Below are positions 29,401-47,662 of a stretch of DNA of 64,000 nucleotides, in pieces. Below the pieces are notes generated by a model. It ran no database searches and was not told where the DNA came from. It saw only the letters and a program-made list of their open reading frames with translations. The DNA lies in NCBI RefSeq assembly GCF_009914755.1, contig NC_060937.1, one strand, 5' to 3'. The DNA comes from the human T2T-CHM13v2.0 reference genome, Homo sapiens. Both the position numbers and the translations under genes were made by a program. How positions within the stretch are numbered: position 1 is the first letter of the stretch; each line of letters starts with the position of its first letter.

Positions 29401-30570
29401 CAAACAACTCATCACTCCTCAAACTCAGTCTCTGTCTAAAGATGAACTTGTTCAAGATTAAGTAGAAATGAGTGTTACTTATAAAGTAGAAATGAGTGTT
29501 ATGTTACTTATAACATAATCTCTAAACATATTCGTGATTTTCTAAACCTAAGGTAGGGGTGGTGGATTATATTCATTGCCATAAAAGAGAAACAGAAGTC
29601 TTGATTGAATGAATAACACAGTTTTTACTTAAGCAAAAGTAGCAAATTTAACCAAAGTCATAATTCAAATCTAAAAATCATTGAAGAAAACTTGACCTCA
29701 AATATCTTGGCGTTGAAAGTAGTCTCCACAGAAAAATAAAAAAAAGAAAAGAATATCTTTCATTCCCACTCCTCAAAATAATACCAATCTTGCCTTCCAG
29801 GAAACTCCTTTCTTCTTCAGTCTTCTCCATAAACTAGGTACCTTATATTTTCAAGTCCCTCTGCTTCCATCATATTGAAGACAATAATAATACCGGTATG
29901 AAATATTGTAATGACATATTTAGGAATGTTGGATTGTTTGTGTTTTTAGGACAAAAAAATTTAGAGTTCATGTAGTCAAATATAGTTATTTTATAGATGA
30001 GAAAAATGAAATTGATGAAGTTTAATTGAATTATCTGAGGACATATATCTTGTAGCAATTTAATACTAGAAACCAAATCTATTAACATTTGACTTTATTC
30101 TTAAAATTTATATCACATGTGAAAACAATATATTTCAATGCCTCAAGATAAAGTATGAAGCCTTATACCGAGATTTCTGACATTAGTATGAAAGAGTTCT
30201 TGAAGACTTTCATATCGTGTGTGTGTGTGCGTGAAAGATTTGTATCATTAATATATATGTAATGCATATGAATTACATGTATATAACTTTATAAATGTAT
30301 ATGAGTGATACATATATATATGTCATATAGAATCCATTCATTTTTAAACAGCTTTATTGAGGTATCATGGATATACAAATAAACTGCACATATTTTAATT
30401 TATACAATTTATGAGTTGGACATATGCATACACCTTAGAAATTATTTTAATGGGAAAATAAATTGTCATATTTGAGATAACATTGAAATAGCTAAATTGA
30501 GAGTGTATAGAAAACTAAACTATTTTATAGTTGAGGACACTTTAAGGCACCAAAGTGAAAAATGGCATTT

Positions 30571-35006
<4,436 letters not shown>

Positions 35007-35629
35007 ATATTCAGAAAACCAGTATAGAAATGGACCCTTGGGTATCCGTTTACAGGTAGTAAATAAGGCCAGGTATATGGATACTATCATTCATTCATGC
35101 ATTTCTCTCTTATTTATTTATACCATGAATATCTGTGCCACACATTGTGCTTCAAGCCCTGCGATAAATGCTAGAGATGATACAATGCATGGGCAGTTGG
35201 AGCTTAGAGGAAGAAACAAAAATAGATAAGCATGCAATCCAAGATTGGACTGCCTTCCAAATACTAAGTAGAGAGGAATAACTGAAAAAGAATCAGAAGA
35301 GAAAGTAAGAGCATACAAATTAAAAACTAGGAGAGAAGTATGCCCTACAAGACAAGAAAATATCAATAAAATAAAGCATACTTACATTTGATTTTGTCTT
35401 GTTTAGAACAAAAACTTGTTTTTTCTCCATTACTATAAATCGGTGGTGTTCAAATCTGTATTGGACATAGAAATACTTCCTTAACAATAGCGTAAATGGG
35501 AATCACTCCCCAACTGCTCCGTTATTTTATGCTTCCTCTTTTGGATTAAAGGGTGCTTCAAAAACCAGTAGAATAAAACAGGATTCAAAAATCATGCCTT
35601 GGATTATTCAAAGTAAAGTCCCAATTTGT

Positions 35630-36340
35630 TATATGAGAATGGTAAGATTTAAAAAGAAAGGACACTTTTAGAATTGGCAGGGGCATGGAACAACTGATTG
35701 TCTAGTATGACACAGGTGGAAGTGTAAATTAGGATATCTACTTTAGGAAAATTGTTTGACAGTATCTACTGAAGCTGTATACATTCATTCAAATAGCCAG
35801 CAATTTCTCTTTATTTACAAACTCATGGGAAATGTGTTAATATGTTCATCAAAGACATGTACAAGAATCATCTTAGTGGTGCCCTTTGCAATATTTTTGA
35901 CTGGAAATTACACAAATACCAAAATGTAATAAATTATATACATAATTTTAGGTGTGTTCATACAAGGGACCACGAAACACTAAGAATGAAAAATGTGGAA
36001 CTATATGCAGTAATATGTCTAAATTTCACAGTGTGTTAAAGCAATGGCAATAAATACAAATGAATATATATTGCATGATTTAATCTATATAACAAAATAG
36101 GCAAAACTGATAAATGGTGTCATGACATTTTGATAACCTGAGCTTGAAATTGAGAATTTAATGACTGGAAAGAGACAGGAGGGTCTTTGGGGTGGTCTTT
36201 GGGGTGTTAGTAACTCTGTCTTTCTTTATGTATTCTGGTAAGAATAGCATTTTCAATTTGTGAAGAAAATTAATATGGCTGTACACTTACAATAACTGCA
36301 TTTTTCTGTATGGGTTTTTTACATCAACAAAATGTTTTAA
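35630..36340 (+). mobile_element. Ancient L1ME-type 3' remnant
   Basis: ggaagtgtaaatt...ttaggaaaattgtttgacagtatctact...aggcaaaact...gactggaaag...gctgtacactt degenerate L1M 3' pattern. Confidence 0.6.
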
Positions 36341-38067
36341 AAAACTAAGCAAACATTATGCGTGAACATATTTTTGTCACTTCAACTAGATTAGTTGTTT
36401 ACTGAAACAAAACTACATCATTTTCTATTTCCTGTCTGTCCTCAAGCCATCAGTATAACCCTTACATTCAGTCTTCAATGAATGCTTGTTTTGTACATGA
36501 CAATTTCATATCAATAGAGACTTTGGAAAATAACAGATATATTTGCCTTTTGGAAAAAATTGTAAGTTATTTTGACAAATTTTAAATAGGAAGTAACTGC
36601 CATTTTCTATTTGAAAAAGCAGTATCCATCATCTCTTTTTGGTCACTCTTGTTTAAAACAATCAGCAAACACCTTTAAAGTATTTTAGATGGATAAAATT
36701 GAGGACTGAAAATTTTTTATTTGATACATGCTTCTAATTTTTCTTCTTTTAAGAGAGATTTTCATTCTTGTTAATAGAGGATATAACATTAAATCACTTT
36801 GAAATAAGTTCATCTGCATTCATAATCTCATCTGTGAATTAATACAAATGACACTACAGTCTTATGATTTCAGGAAGCAAGCATTAACTATCTTGATTCC
36901 AGTTATTCATTCAGGAACACACTACAGCAACATGTTGAAACATTTGTTGTGCCATGGTAAACGTTGCAGGATAATATGATTTGAAACTAGATAGCATCCT
37001 CAATTTCAGTCTTTTGTGTTGAATAATTAATTATAGCTCAGACTATTTTATTTTCATAGCCTGCAAGTAGCATTTTGAGTTTTCACAAAATTAGTGAAAA
37101 ATCCTTATATTACATATTTTTGAAGGGTTGTTAAGAGAAAATGTCTGACTTCCCTGTCTCCTAAGATCGCAACATTCTTGCCTCGTATTCATACTTCTTA
37201 TTCTTTCCCAGTTCTTTTTATTTCTCCTCAGTATTTATCATTACCTCTAATTACTGATACTTTATTTAATTTTTCTTGTCATTTTTGTCTTCTCATGATT
37301 GACTCCTTTCATGTTAGAATGAAGAATGATCCTAGCATGGGGAAGGACCAGAGCTTTTCCAGGCCTCCTGCCAGGGTTTCTATATTAACTTTGTTTGATT
37401 TTTAGCCAAAACACTTTTAAAACCACTTTGAAATCCTCCATTTAATTCTTTTTATCTTCAATGGTGTATGCTATCCTTATGACAGGCTTGCATTGATTCT
37501 CTGACTTGTTCTCAAACAAAGCATAAGATTTAGTACACAACAGGTTCTCCATAACATTTGTAGAATCAATAAATGCGGAAGTTCTGTCTTAGAAACTGTC
37601 TAAATATTCTGTCCAATCCTAGTTTTAGCTCCTGATTCATGACTGAGTTCTCACTACTATGAACATTTTTGGTGGGAAAGACAAAGCATAACAGAAACTT
37701 TGTGATTATATTAAGAATACACAGATTTATATGATGATGATGCAAAACAAGTGTTGGAAAAGAAAAGCTTACCAAACTAACAGAACTAATCTAACCCCCA
37801 AACAGATATTCAATGAGGTTTTACACGCCTATATATTGATTCAACCTGTTGTATAGAACATTATTCTATTTTCTAAAGATGTTATTCTAGGGACATTTTA
37901 TTCTACAAACTTGGATTCTTCAGTGTACAAAATAAGCAGTTTCTTCACTTATGTAGTTTACATTATATGAAGGGAAGACAAACAATAAATTTCATGAATA
38001 ATTCAATTATACATTTTAATAGGAAATAGTAAGTGGTTTGATAAAATAATTAAAAAAACAAGATGAG

Positions 38068-38529
38068 TATAGTCAGTTGAATAATGACCCCTAAAAAGAT
38101 ACACTGAAGTTCTAAACCCCAAACCTGTGAACATGACCTTTGGAAAAAGGGTCTTTCTAGATGTAATTAAGATAAAAATATACAGATGAGATCATCTTGG
38201 ACTTAGATTGAACTCTAAATACAATAACAGGTGCCTTTATAAGAGAAAAGCAGAGGGAGATTTGAGACACACAGATACATAGTGGAGAAAGCCATGTGAG
38301 GTTGGAGGCAGGGATTAGTGTCTTGCAGCCATAAACCAAGGACTGCCTGAAGCCCCCATGAACCAAGGGACAAAGAAGGGTTGTCCACTATAGCCTCCAG
38401 GTAGAGCATATCCCTGAAGACACTGATATTAGACTTCTAGCCTTCACACCGATGAGAGAATTTAAATTTGTTCCTGTAAGCCACCAAGTTTATGTGAATT
38501 TATTACGGCAATCCTAGAAAACTAGTACA
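38068..38529 (+). mobile_element. MaLR solo LTR (MLT1C-like)
   Basis: acctgtgaacatgacctttggaaaaagggtcttt...gatgagatcatcttgga...ttataagagaaa...taagccaccaagttt...ctagaaaactagtaca; perfect 5-bp TSD atgag at 38063-38067 and 38530-38534. Confidence 0.9.
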
Positions 38530-38849
38530 ATGAGTAAAGGTGAATACAGATTGCCATGGGTTGGAAGTGCTGGTAGCCATATTGAGGAGGAGATATTTAG
38601 GCAAGAATTAAAAGTGATTCATGGAATTGATTATAAACAAAATTTTGAAGCACAACCTTTGTATAAATTTAAATATGAAAGCTGACTATAAAATTAATTA
38701 CTGTATCTTTTTTGGAATTAATTTAACATACATTAACACGGGAAGGGCAAGTACGAGTTGAATAATAGAGAGCTTACTACTGACAAAATCTATGCAAACG
38801 CTAAGACAAAAAATACATCTAACATTTGGCTAACATATGACCAAGACTA

Positions 38850-39080
38850 ACATGGTACAACAGTTAAGATCACAGACTTCAGATTCTGAATGGCTTGATT
38901 TTATGTGCAACATCCCAATTTACTCTCTATGTGATCTTGGGCATGCTACCATATGTGTAAGTTATTTTTTTATTTGTGATATGGAGGTAATATTAATCTC
39001 ATATGGGAAATTATAGGAGTCAAAATACAGCTTAAAACAACACTTGACAAACTGGAAGTGTTAAGTGTTAGCTGTTATTT
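38850..39080 (+). mobile_element. MIR
   Basis: gttaagatcacagact...tgtgatcttgggca...atttgtgatatggaggtaata...tgttagctgttatt. Confidence 0.6.
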
Positions 39081-40725
39081 TATAGGGAAAGAAATTTCCT
39101 TTGAAAAGTTGTAGAAATTGGTAAACTATCTGAGTCATCACATTAAGAGAGTTCAATCCTTCTGGGGATAGGCTGGGAGAAAGGAGAGAGATTTTATACA
39201 ATCTTGACTCCCTATATATCTAGATAGAGATTAGATAATGTGTCCTATTAGAAAAAGAATATTTGGGGCTCGAGTAGAGGAAATAGTTAACATTTTGGTA
39301 TGAGTCAACATTATTCTTGTAATATTTTCTAAGTCAGACAATAGAGCCTGAATTCAATTTTGATTATTAATATAGCAGGACAACTCTTTGTGCTGCAGTT
39401 TTCCCCAATATTTCAGTGGTAATAATAACACCTCCCAAGAAAAGGTGGAGGATTGGGTGCAGTGTTAAGGCAAATTATCCCACAGGCTAGTAGTAAATTA
39501 GGTGCTTCTGAAACTAGATTATCTCTCCTAATACTGGTGCATTAATTTCTGTGGGCTGCACAAGACTGTGAGAAAGAATAAAGAGGGAATGATTAGCACA
39601 TTTTTGGTAATTGTTCTATGCCAGCCTGTTATAATCTGCTTATCTACACTGCCTGCTGCTTTCTCTTGCCAACTCTCATCAGTGTCTCATCAGGGCACAG
39701 CTCTATGGAACAGACAACATGCTGCTGAAATAGGCTTCTCAGTTTTCAGGCCGCAAACGCTGTCTGTTTGCTACTCCGTAGGGATGTCAAGGCTTTGTTA
39801 GCACTTTGTTAAAGGCCATGGAAGAAATTCGATGATGCCATGACCCGTCCACCCTTGACATTTGCTCCATGATTCTTGATGCTGCCTTTATGTCTCACTC
39901 TTCTAACTTTAGGGAAATATACTGCATTCTAAGCAGTGCTCTACCAACATGAACTATCAGAATTACCTTTGACAGATTCTTAATCTTTTTGAAGTAAAGA
40001 TCTCAGTGTTCACATTCATTACAATTGACATTGTTTCTGTCTTTAACTGGAGATTTTAAATAGGTTTCTCAAGTGTTTGCATATGAGGGAGAAAATAATG
40101 GGATAATTTTCTGGTCTATCCCATTGTTCATCTGCCAGTCTTTGTCAAATCATTTGAGAACGTAGAGGAGAAAATTATTCTCGCTTTATAGAAAATGGGC
40201 TTCACTGTCAAATTAATTATCCAGATACAAACTTTTTACTTACAAATGGTTTTTTGGGGCCAATTAATTAATTATGTTCACTTTATTCTACAACGTGTCA
40301 AGAAAAAAGGATTAGAAAACAATGACCAAGAAAATTAAGCAAACCAAATTCTTAACATTGAATAAGTCACATGCCAAGTGTTATTAAATTTTTCTGTGAC
40401 AAGGTATTGATGATAATTTGTTTACATAAATGAATTGCCAATATATACATAAAGGCTAATCAATGTAAATATTCTAGTATCTAATTCTATATACAATTAT
40501 CATCATACTGTTGTTTTATTGCCTATTATTTTATTGTATACTATAGTAAGATACTATTGAGATAAAGAAAATAATACAATTAGGATATTTTGTTCACCAT
40601 GCAAGGAACTTTCATCCTCATAAGTAAGTATTCCATTCTCTAAAATAAAGTAGTCATTTCTAATACACTGTTAGAAACATAGCTTATAAAACAATATGTA
40701 TATTTTTCATAACTCAATATATATA

Positions 40726-40728
<3 letters not shown>

Positions 40729-40758
<30 letters not shown>
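40729..40758. repeat. (TA)n microsatellite
   Basis: Pure TA run. Confidence 0.95.
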
Positions 40759-40763
<5 letters not shown>

Positions 40764-43700
40764 ACAGCCATTACCTTCAAAAACTGTCATGGCAACTTCC
40801 CCTCAGACAACACAGGGATCTAATTAACACAGTCACTTAGAGAAAAATCGGTAAAATTTGGGTTTTGTTCTAAATTTGTTACCATTTCTTCTGTTTAGTT
40901 ACTCTGTGACTTGGAATAAGGCATTTGATCTCATTTAGCTACAGCTTTCTTACTTAAAAAAAACCTGAGGTGATTAATATGTACTGTTTGGATTAAATAT
41001 GATAATTAAATACAAAATATGTATGAAACCTACTCCACAGATGTTTGATGAGTAACTTAACCCTTGTTTAATTACTTAAATCTTGCTCAATATAAATTTG
41101 CGTCAATATTTTTTCAATAAGTATATGTACTTTTACAATTTCATACAATTATTATTTTATACATTAATATACATTATCACTTATTCCTATTAGAAAATAG
41201 CTAATATGATATACTTTTAAATATAATAATTACAATATAAAGTTGCCTCCAAGTGTTAACTTTATTCCCCAAGAAGAATATCAACCACAGAAATCTCAGT
41301 GTAATTATCAAAGTACTCTGAAATATTTTCAAAAATATGACAGTGTTTTGAAGAAATTGATGTGCTTCTGAAAATGCTGACTCATTTCACAAAATTAGTT
41401 GAAATAATGGAAAAAGTCTGACTGGCAAATGGTTAAAATGGTGCATTTCCTCTGCACAAACTTAACTGGTTTCTTCTCAATAATTTGTATTCAGTCAGTC
41501 TCTTCACATCACCTCTAAAACTCTAGGCAAACCACAGTTCAAACTTTTTATCCTTTCTTTTCCTCACAGGGTTAAATTGTCCTTTTCCCAACATGAAAGT
41601 GTCAAACCATATGTTTTCTCTGTTCTTCTACAGTTAAACTCTTACTGTCTCACAGAATTTGTATCATTAAGAAATCAAACATAAGGCATACAATTTTATA
41701 TACTGTACATATAAAAAATAATAAAATAATGACAAAAAACAAAAAGTGTACTTTGAGATTATTTTTGTCCAACTGTGTATTCTGTCTTCCATACAAACAC
41801 TCTAACAGATGAAGGCTAGTCGTGCAAACAAAATAATCATATAGCTAAAGTATATACTTGTGTTTTTTAGTGTAATAAATGCATTTATTAAAATATTGCT
41901 GCTTCATCAAGAGGCATTAACTATCGTTAATTATTTCTAGAGCAATCAGAATATATTGAATTAAAGCAGATAGATTTTAAAAAACATATCCTCAATGTTT
42001 CAAGAACAACAAGATATGTTTATACAGGAAGTAGATGGATATCTTAGATTTTAAAATAAGACGCTGCCCTAAAAGTTTACAGTTTGATTATTATGTCCAA
42101 TTTTACTTGAGAGTTTATGGATTATTTTTTCCTTACTGTATAGGCAGCTCCCATTTTTACTGTTCTTTTACTTATCAGACGCAATTAAGTAAGTTTTTAG
42201 CTCATTATTATCCTGAGGGCAAAATAGAGAAATAATGAGAAGGTTAGAAAGGATGACAAAATGAGTACCTGAAGTGAATTTATTCAACTGTCAGAGACGG
42301 ATGCAATCATGTTGAAGACAAATTTTCCTTGGGAAGTTTGTAAAGGGAGCAAATGAGCAAAGAATGTTTAGCTGTGGTCCATCTTTGCCCTACTTCTCTG
42401 GCATATCGTTTATCAGAATGTTATTGTGTTTGTTCAGGGCAAAGTTGCTTTTAGATGGGCAGGATAGTGTTGAATTTGGTAGAGGAAAAGGAAAATAATC
42501 TCTCACATATAAGTAAATATTATCAGATAAGTGTTCATAACTCATAGCATTATGTCTTCAAAATGCAATGAAGTCTTGCCTTTGCAGCTTCTTTTTTAAT
42601 TGTATAATGCTGATCATGACCCATCAAATAGTTCATCATTATCAGTTTGAAGAAAACTTTTCACACCACTTGTGTAAACTCTCCTATTTCTCCTAAGAAA
42701 AACTGCCAATGAGGGACCATCCTACCTTTGTCTTAAGTCTTAGACACCATCCCTGAAGTCTAAGTGAGAATTCTACCCTGTCTTCTCCTTGCAAATTTAT
42801 GGGGGAAATAAACCTGTCTGCTTTCTCCATTTCATGTTTGTATCACTTCAGAAATTCACTATATGTGGCCAGGTTTTCTCTTGCTATTTAAGAGTTTTCT
42901 CATTTGTCCTGGCATTGTTTTTCCTTGAGCACAAAGTGAGAACTCTGCCTTAATATAGGGGGGACATCCACTTCACACTAGAAAAGAAATTCTTTAGTGT
43001 TGATCCAAGCCATTATTATCTTCCGAGGGAGAAAAAGAATAGCCTCCTAACTAATCTTTGTTCTTATTTGAGTCTGTTGTCCATAGCTATCCATAGATGG
43101 AGAGGTCAGACTGCTCTTTTTCAATTGTCATTCAGATTTTGAAATTTCTCACGTCCAAATCCTTGCGCTTGGGAAAAATCTAGACACATCACCAGTAAGG
43201 AAAGGGTGAAGAGTGTGCTTATCAACTGCTCCTTTGACTACCCCTTAGAATTGTTCTTATCATCTCCAACCCCACACTCACTATACCCCAGACCTTCTTT
43301 CTCTTAGAACAGAAACTTTAGTGCCTTTGCACTGGAGGTGGCCTCTGCATCTTTTAAGCCTAAACTGTGTGAATTTTTATCATTTAAATGCAACAATTGC
43401 TTATTTACTGTTGCTTCAAATCTGTGATTTTTGTACTATATTTGACCATGTAAGTATTTCTTCAACCGTAGCTTAATGTGAAATCTAATAAACTGCAATG
43501 ATAGTTGGATCCCTTTGTGAGACCACATCCCTCAAATCACTGTTGTATTCCATAGGTGGTCTGAAGGGGATTTGTACAATCTCCAGAAAAATGCCTTTTC
43601 AAACATTATGCTGTAGTATATATTATGTATTTCTTATAATCTCACCACACTTTAATGTAAATTCACTTCATAAATTGTTTTTAATTTGTTACTTTTGTAC

Positions 43701-44393
43701 TCAAGTCTTTAAAAGTACAGATAAAACAACTATCAGTAATCTCTTGCCCCTACGAATTCAATTCAGACAATTTGCTTCGTATACCTCAATCCAAGTTGCA
43801 TTCATTCTAGTTCTGCTGCTAATGTTCATTTATGAGGTTACAATTATAAAATATTCCCAAGAGAAATGTTAGTTTAGGCAAATGTTGCATAACATTTGGC
43901 AAAATAAAATTTGTTCATTCAAAAAGATTATTTATTTGTCTGGTTAAGTTATATGCCAGTTTTTATCCCCATCAATTTAATTCCTTCACTGCCAAGAAAT
44001 TTATTCACAGCCTTACCATATCATTGGCTTCTGATAAAAATCAGCTTGCCGAAGTTGACAGAAATATTGTTAAGTTGATGGAGATTATCTTGCATCATTA
44101 TTTATTTTTTAGATTTCTTTCTCTGGATACTTAGCTCCAAGGGACTTTAAATATCAATTTTTATTTTGTTCTCCTCAAATTGCACAAGCTCATTTACTGA
44201 GAAATATATTTCTTTTTCTGATACATATACATATATATTCCACTAGGATTATAACAAATTTTCAGACAAAATTGTTTAGTTAAAGGATACATCTGTTAGT
44301 ATTATTATTCCTTGACAGATTTTATTGAAATGGTTATCTGAATATACTATCTCCAATTTCTCATCTTACATTATTTTTGTACTTTCTAAATAA

Positions 44394-44796
<403 letters not shown>

Positions 44797-45966
44797 AAAT
44801 ATTTCGCTTTGAAGACCTCACAAAACAGTCCTGATTTTCCTTCCAGCACTGGACCAACTGCTTTTCTGTTTCTAGGTCATAACCCTGATGACCCATGGCT
44901 TTGCCCTTGGGCCTTTTCTCATTTCTATTATATTCAAAATTTTGTTAATGATGTTCCACCATAGGTCTTAATATAATATGTATGATGATGTCTTTCAAAT
45001 TTATATTTTCAACTAAGGTCTCTCAACAACTGCTCTTGGAGGTCTAAGAGACAATCCAATAATAACAAACTTGACCCTAGAACAAAAAATGCTTAGCCCA
45101 TAGCAAGTGTTCAACAAATATCTTGTGAATAAATAACTCATTATAACCTGTTTGGTTTTGTTTGTATGCTGGTTTGTTTTTAGTCATCCGTATAACAATA
45201 AAAGGCAAAGATTCTTCCAGCTATTCATGCCCAAAGGCATAATGCCAAGGGTGCCAATTCTTGCACTCTCGCACCCCGTATCCAATTTGTCAGGAAACAC
45301 TATGAGATTTACTCTTAAAATAGATCCAAAATCACAAACTTTTGACAAGAAGTCTTCCTTAGACTGTATGTTTGAGGCTTAATTGAGTGCTTTACATATA
45401 TACTCAATAAAGGACATCCTACCTATTAATGAGATCAAAGACTTACACAGGATCAGCATGAAAAAATACATGAGATTGAAATCAGCAATTTAATCAGCAA
45501 TAGTTAATTTATCATTCACTATTGTGGTGCAAAATTTTCAAAGATGAGACAAAATGGTTTAAAACTTTTATTTCTTTGCCCAGACAACCTAACAAAAAGA
45601 TGTTGCATTAAAATGAAAACATTTTAAAAAGCAAAAGAGATCAGAACATTTACTTCATGCACATACTTCCTGGAGAAAAAAGAAAATAATTGCCTGAGGA
45701 CATAATCTGGCAAAATAGAAAAGAAGCCTACAAAATCCAAATAAGATAAGCGGCTTAACAAATTATATAACTGTTCTTTACACTGAATAGAAATTCCAGA
45801 ATGACAGCTGGACATTAGGCTAAAAAAAGCCAAGGTTCAAACTGAAAGAGGTTACTGAATTCTATAAAAAATTTATTCAGAAGAAAGTATATCACCTAAA
45901 TATGCTACAATAATAAACCTGGAAGATATTAAAGGTATGATAAAGGTACGTATTTTTCCTATCTAC

Positions 45967-46353
45967 TGCTAGAGCACAGGGAGAGATGAGAAGGAAGACA
46001 AAACGAGAGAGCAGCTCAACAGCTGAGTCGGGTTTGAGAGTAAACCTGAGAAAGGCTTCTGGCCGGCAGGGTCAGGAGCAAACTTCTCTTACAGCCTGAG
46101 GCTTTTAAGAAGGGTCAGGTCAGGGAAGTGTGCTCTGAGGGAGGTTCCTACCCGGGAGGGGTTAGGGGAGTGCTGGCTGGTTGGGACTGTTGGGGACTTT
46201 GATAAGCTTGGTTATGCTTATGCTCAGTTGAAGGTATAGATGGGGCTGACTTTTGCAGTTTGCTCAGGTGGAAATGGACAGTTTCTAGAAATGGAAACTT
46301 GATACTTTAAGGTGGTGGAGTCTCGGTAAGATGGTGGTACTCTTGTCCTATCG
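45967..46353 (-). mobile_element. ERV1-class solo LTR (LTR19/MER50-related; family uncertain)
   Basis: 387-bp GC-richer island with perfect 5-bp TSD tctac (45962-45966, 46354-46358). Minus strand begins (c)gataggacaagagtaccaccatctt and ends ctctagca; U5-like ctcaggtttactctc...ctgttgagctgct. Confidence 0.8.
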
Positions 46354-47379
46354 TCTACAAAAAGAAAAAAACAAGTTAGAAAAATATGAGGAAACAAGCA
46401 GAAATGCAGAAAAGATTGTCAACTAATAAAGCCGACTAACATGTAGTGAGATTTTGATTCACTAAGAAACTTTAAGCTTGTGGCTTGGATCATTTTCTTT
46501 TAACCTATATAGAAGTAATGCTCACAATTGAGTTTGCTGCCAATTGGTCCAAACAATTTTGTTTTTACAAAAGTACTATACATGCTGCTATTAAATTTCA
46601 ATTTACAGAAGCGATCTATAGACAAACAAATAATTAAAGTTGTAGACCAAAATGTCTGTATTTTGAATATTCACATTTTAAAACTGATGATAGTTACTTT
46701 TTTTAAGTTAAAAATGGAATAAAACAATGGTCCAGCTCATAAAGTTTCATAGAAAATTTTCAGGAAAAAAGCATGAGAGTTATTATAAAGGTGTTAATTT
46801 CCTCATATACATAATACATGAATACCGTGATTCTATATATTTTCCCTGATGGCTAATCTAAAAAGATTAAATTCTTAAATAATAGTTAAAAGCAGAAAAA
46901 TAGAAAATATCTAATTGTATGTTTTTGTATTAGATGCTGATCATACTTTAATTCTATAATTCAAAATAGTATCACCCCATTTCTAAAATGACACTCTGTA
47001 AAATAATTTATAGTGCTAATTACATGAGAAAATTACACATACATGTTTTCTTTAAACTTTTTTAAGTGGCTTTGTTTTCATTAGACTGCATTATTTTTAA
47101 TCAGTATAGTTTATTAAAGTTATTTTGAAAATAAAGATAATTTTTGTTATCCTTTGTTTTTCTCATGTTTAATGTCAGTCTTCCAAAGAAAAATAAAATT
47201 TAGCACTAAGCACAAGATAACTTTTCTTGCTGTTTTTGTCCTTCCTTATTCTAGCAGATAATGTTCAAATAAGGTAAGCAAGAATCCTTCCCATCTCAAA
47301 ATGCATATTAGAATTCACAACAAGAGGTAGAGTCTAGGCTAGTCTTATGTTGAATAAAATAAAAGTGACGTTTTAGAAT

Positions 47380-47662
47380 ATCTGAGTCCAAGCTGTAAGA
47401 GAACTAGCAGCTTCTGTCCCTCCTCCATCTGGAAGCCTAGATGTCACCTAGTAAGGAAGTCCATGCCAGATTACTGATTTAGAGGTCACATGGAGAAGGT
47501 GGACATTCTCTAAGTAATGCCACCTTACATAGGTGTGGAGTTCAATAACAGCCACAGTAAGCACAGTTAGCCCCAGATTTATAAGAAATAATTAATTATT
47601 ATTGACTTAAGTCATTGAATTCAGACATGGTTTATTATGCAGCTATTGATATAACAAATGCA
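47380..47662 (+). mobile_element. Old MaLR LTR fragment (MLT1F-H-like)
   Basis: taagagaactagcagcttctg...ttaagtcattgaatt...ggtttattatgcagcta MLT-type 3' end. Confidence 0.55.

Noticed and set aside
43498-43872. 124-aa ORF in unique sequence
   Set aside because: No recognisable domain or splice framework; composition reflects AT-rich DNA; expected by chance.
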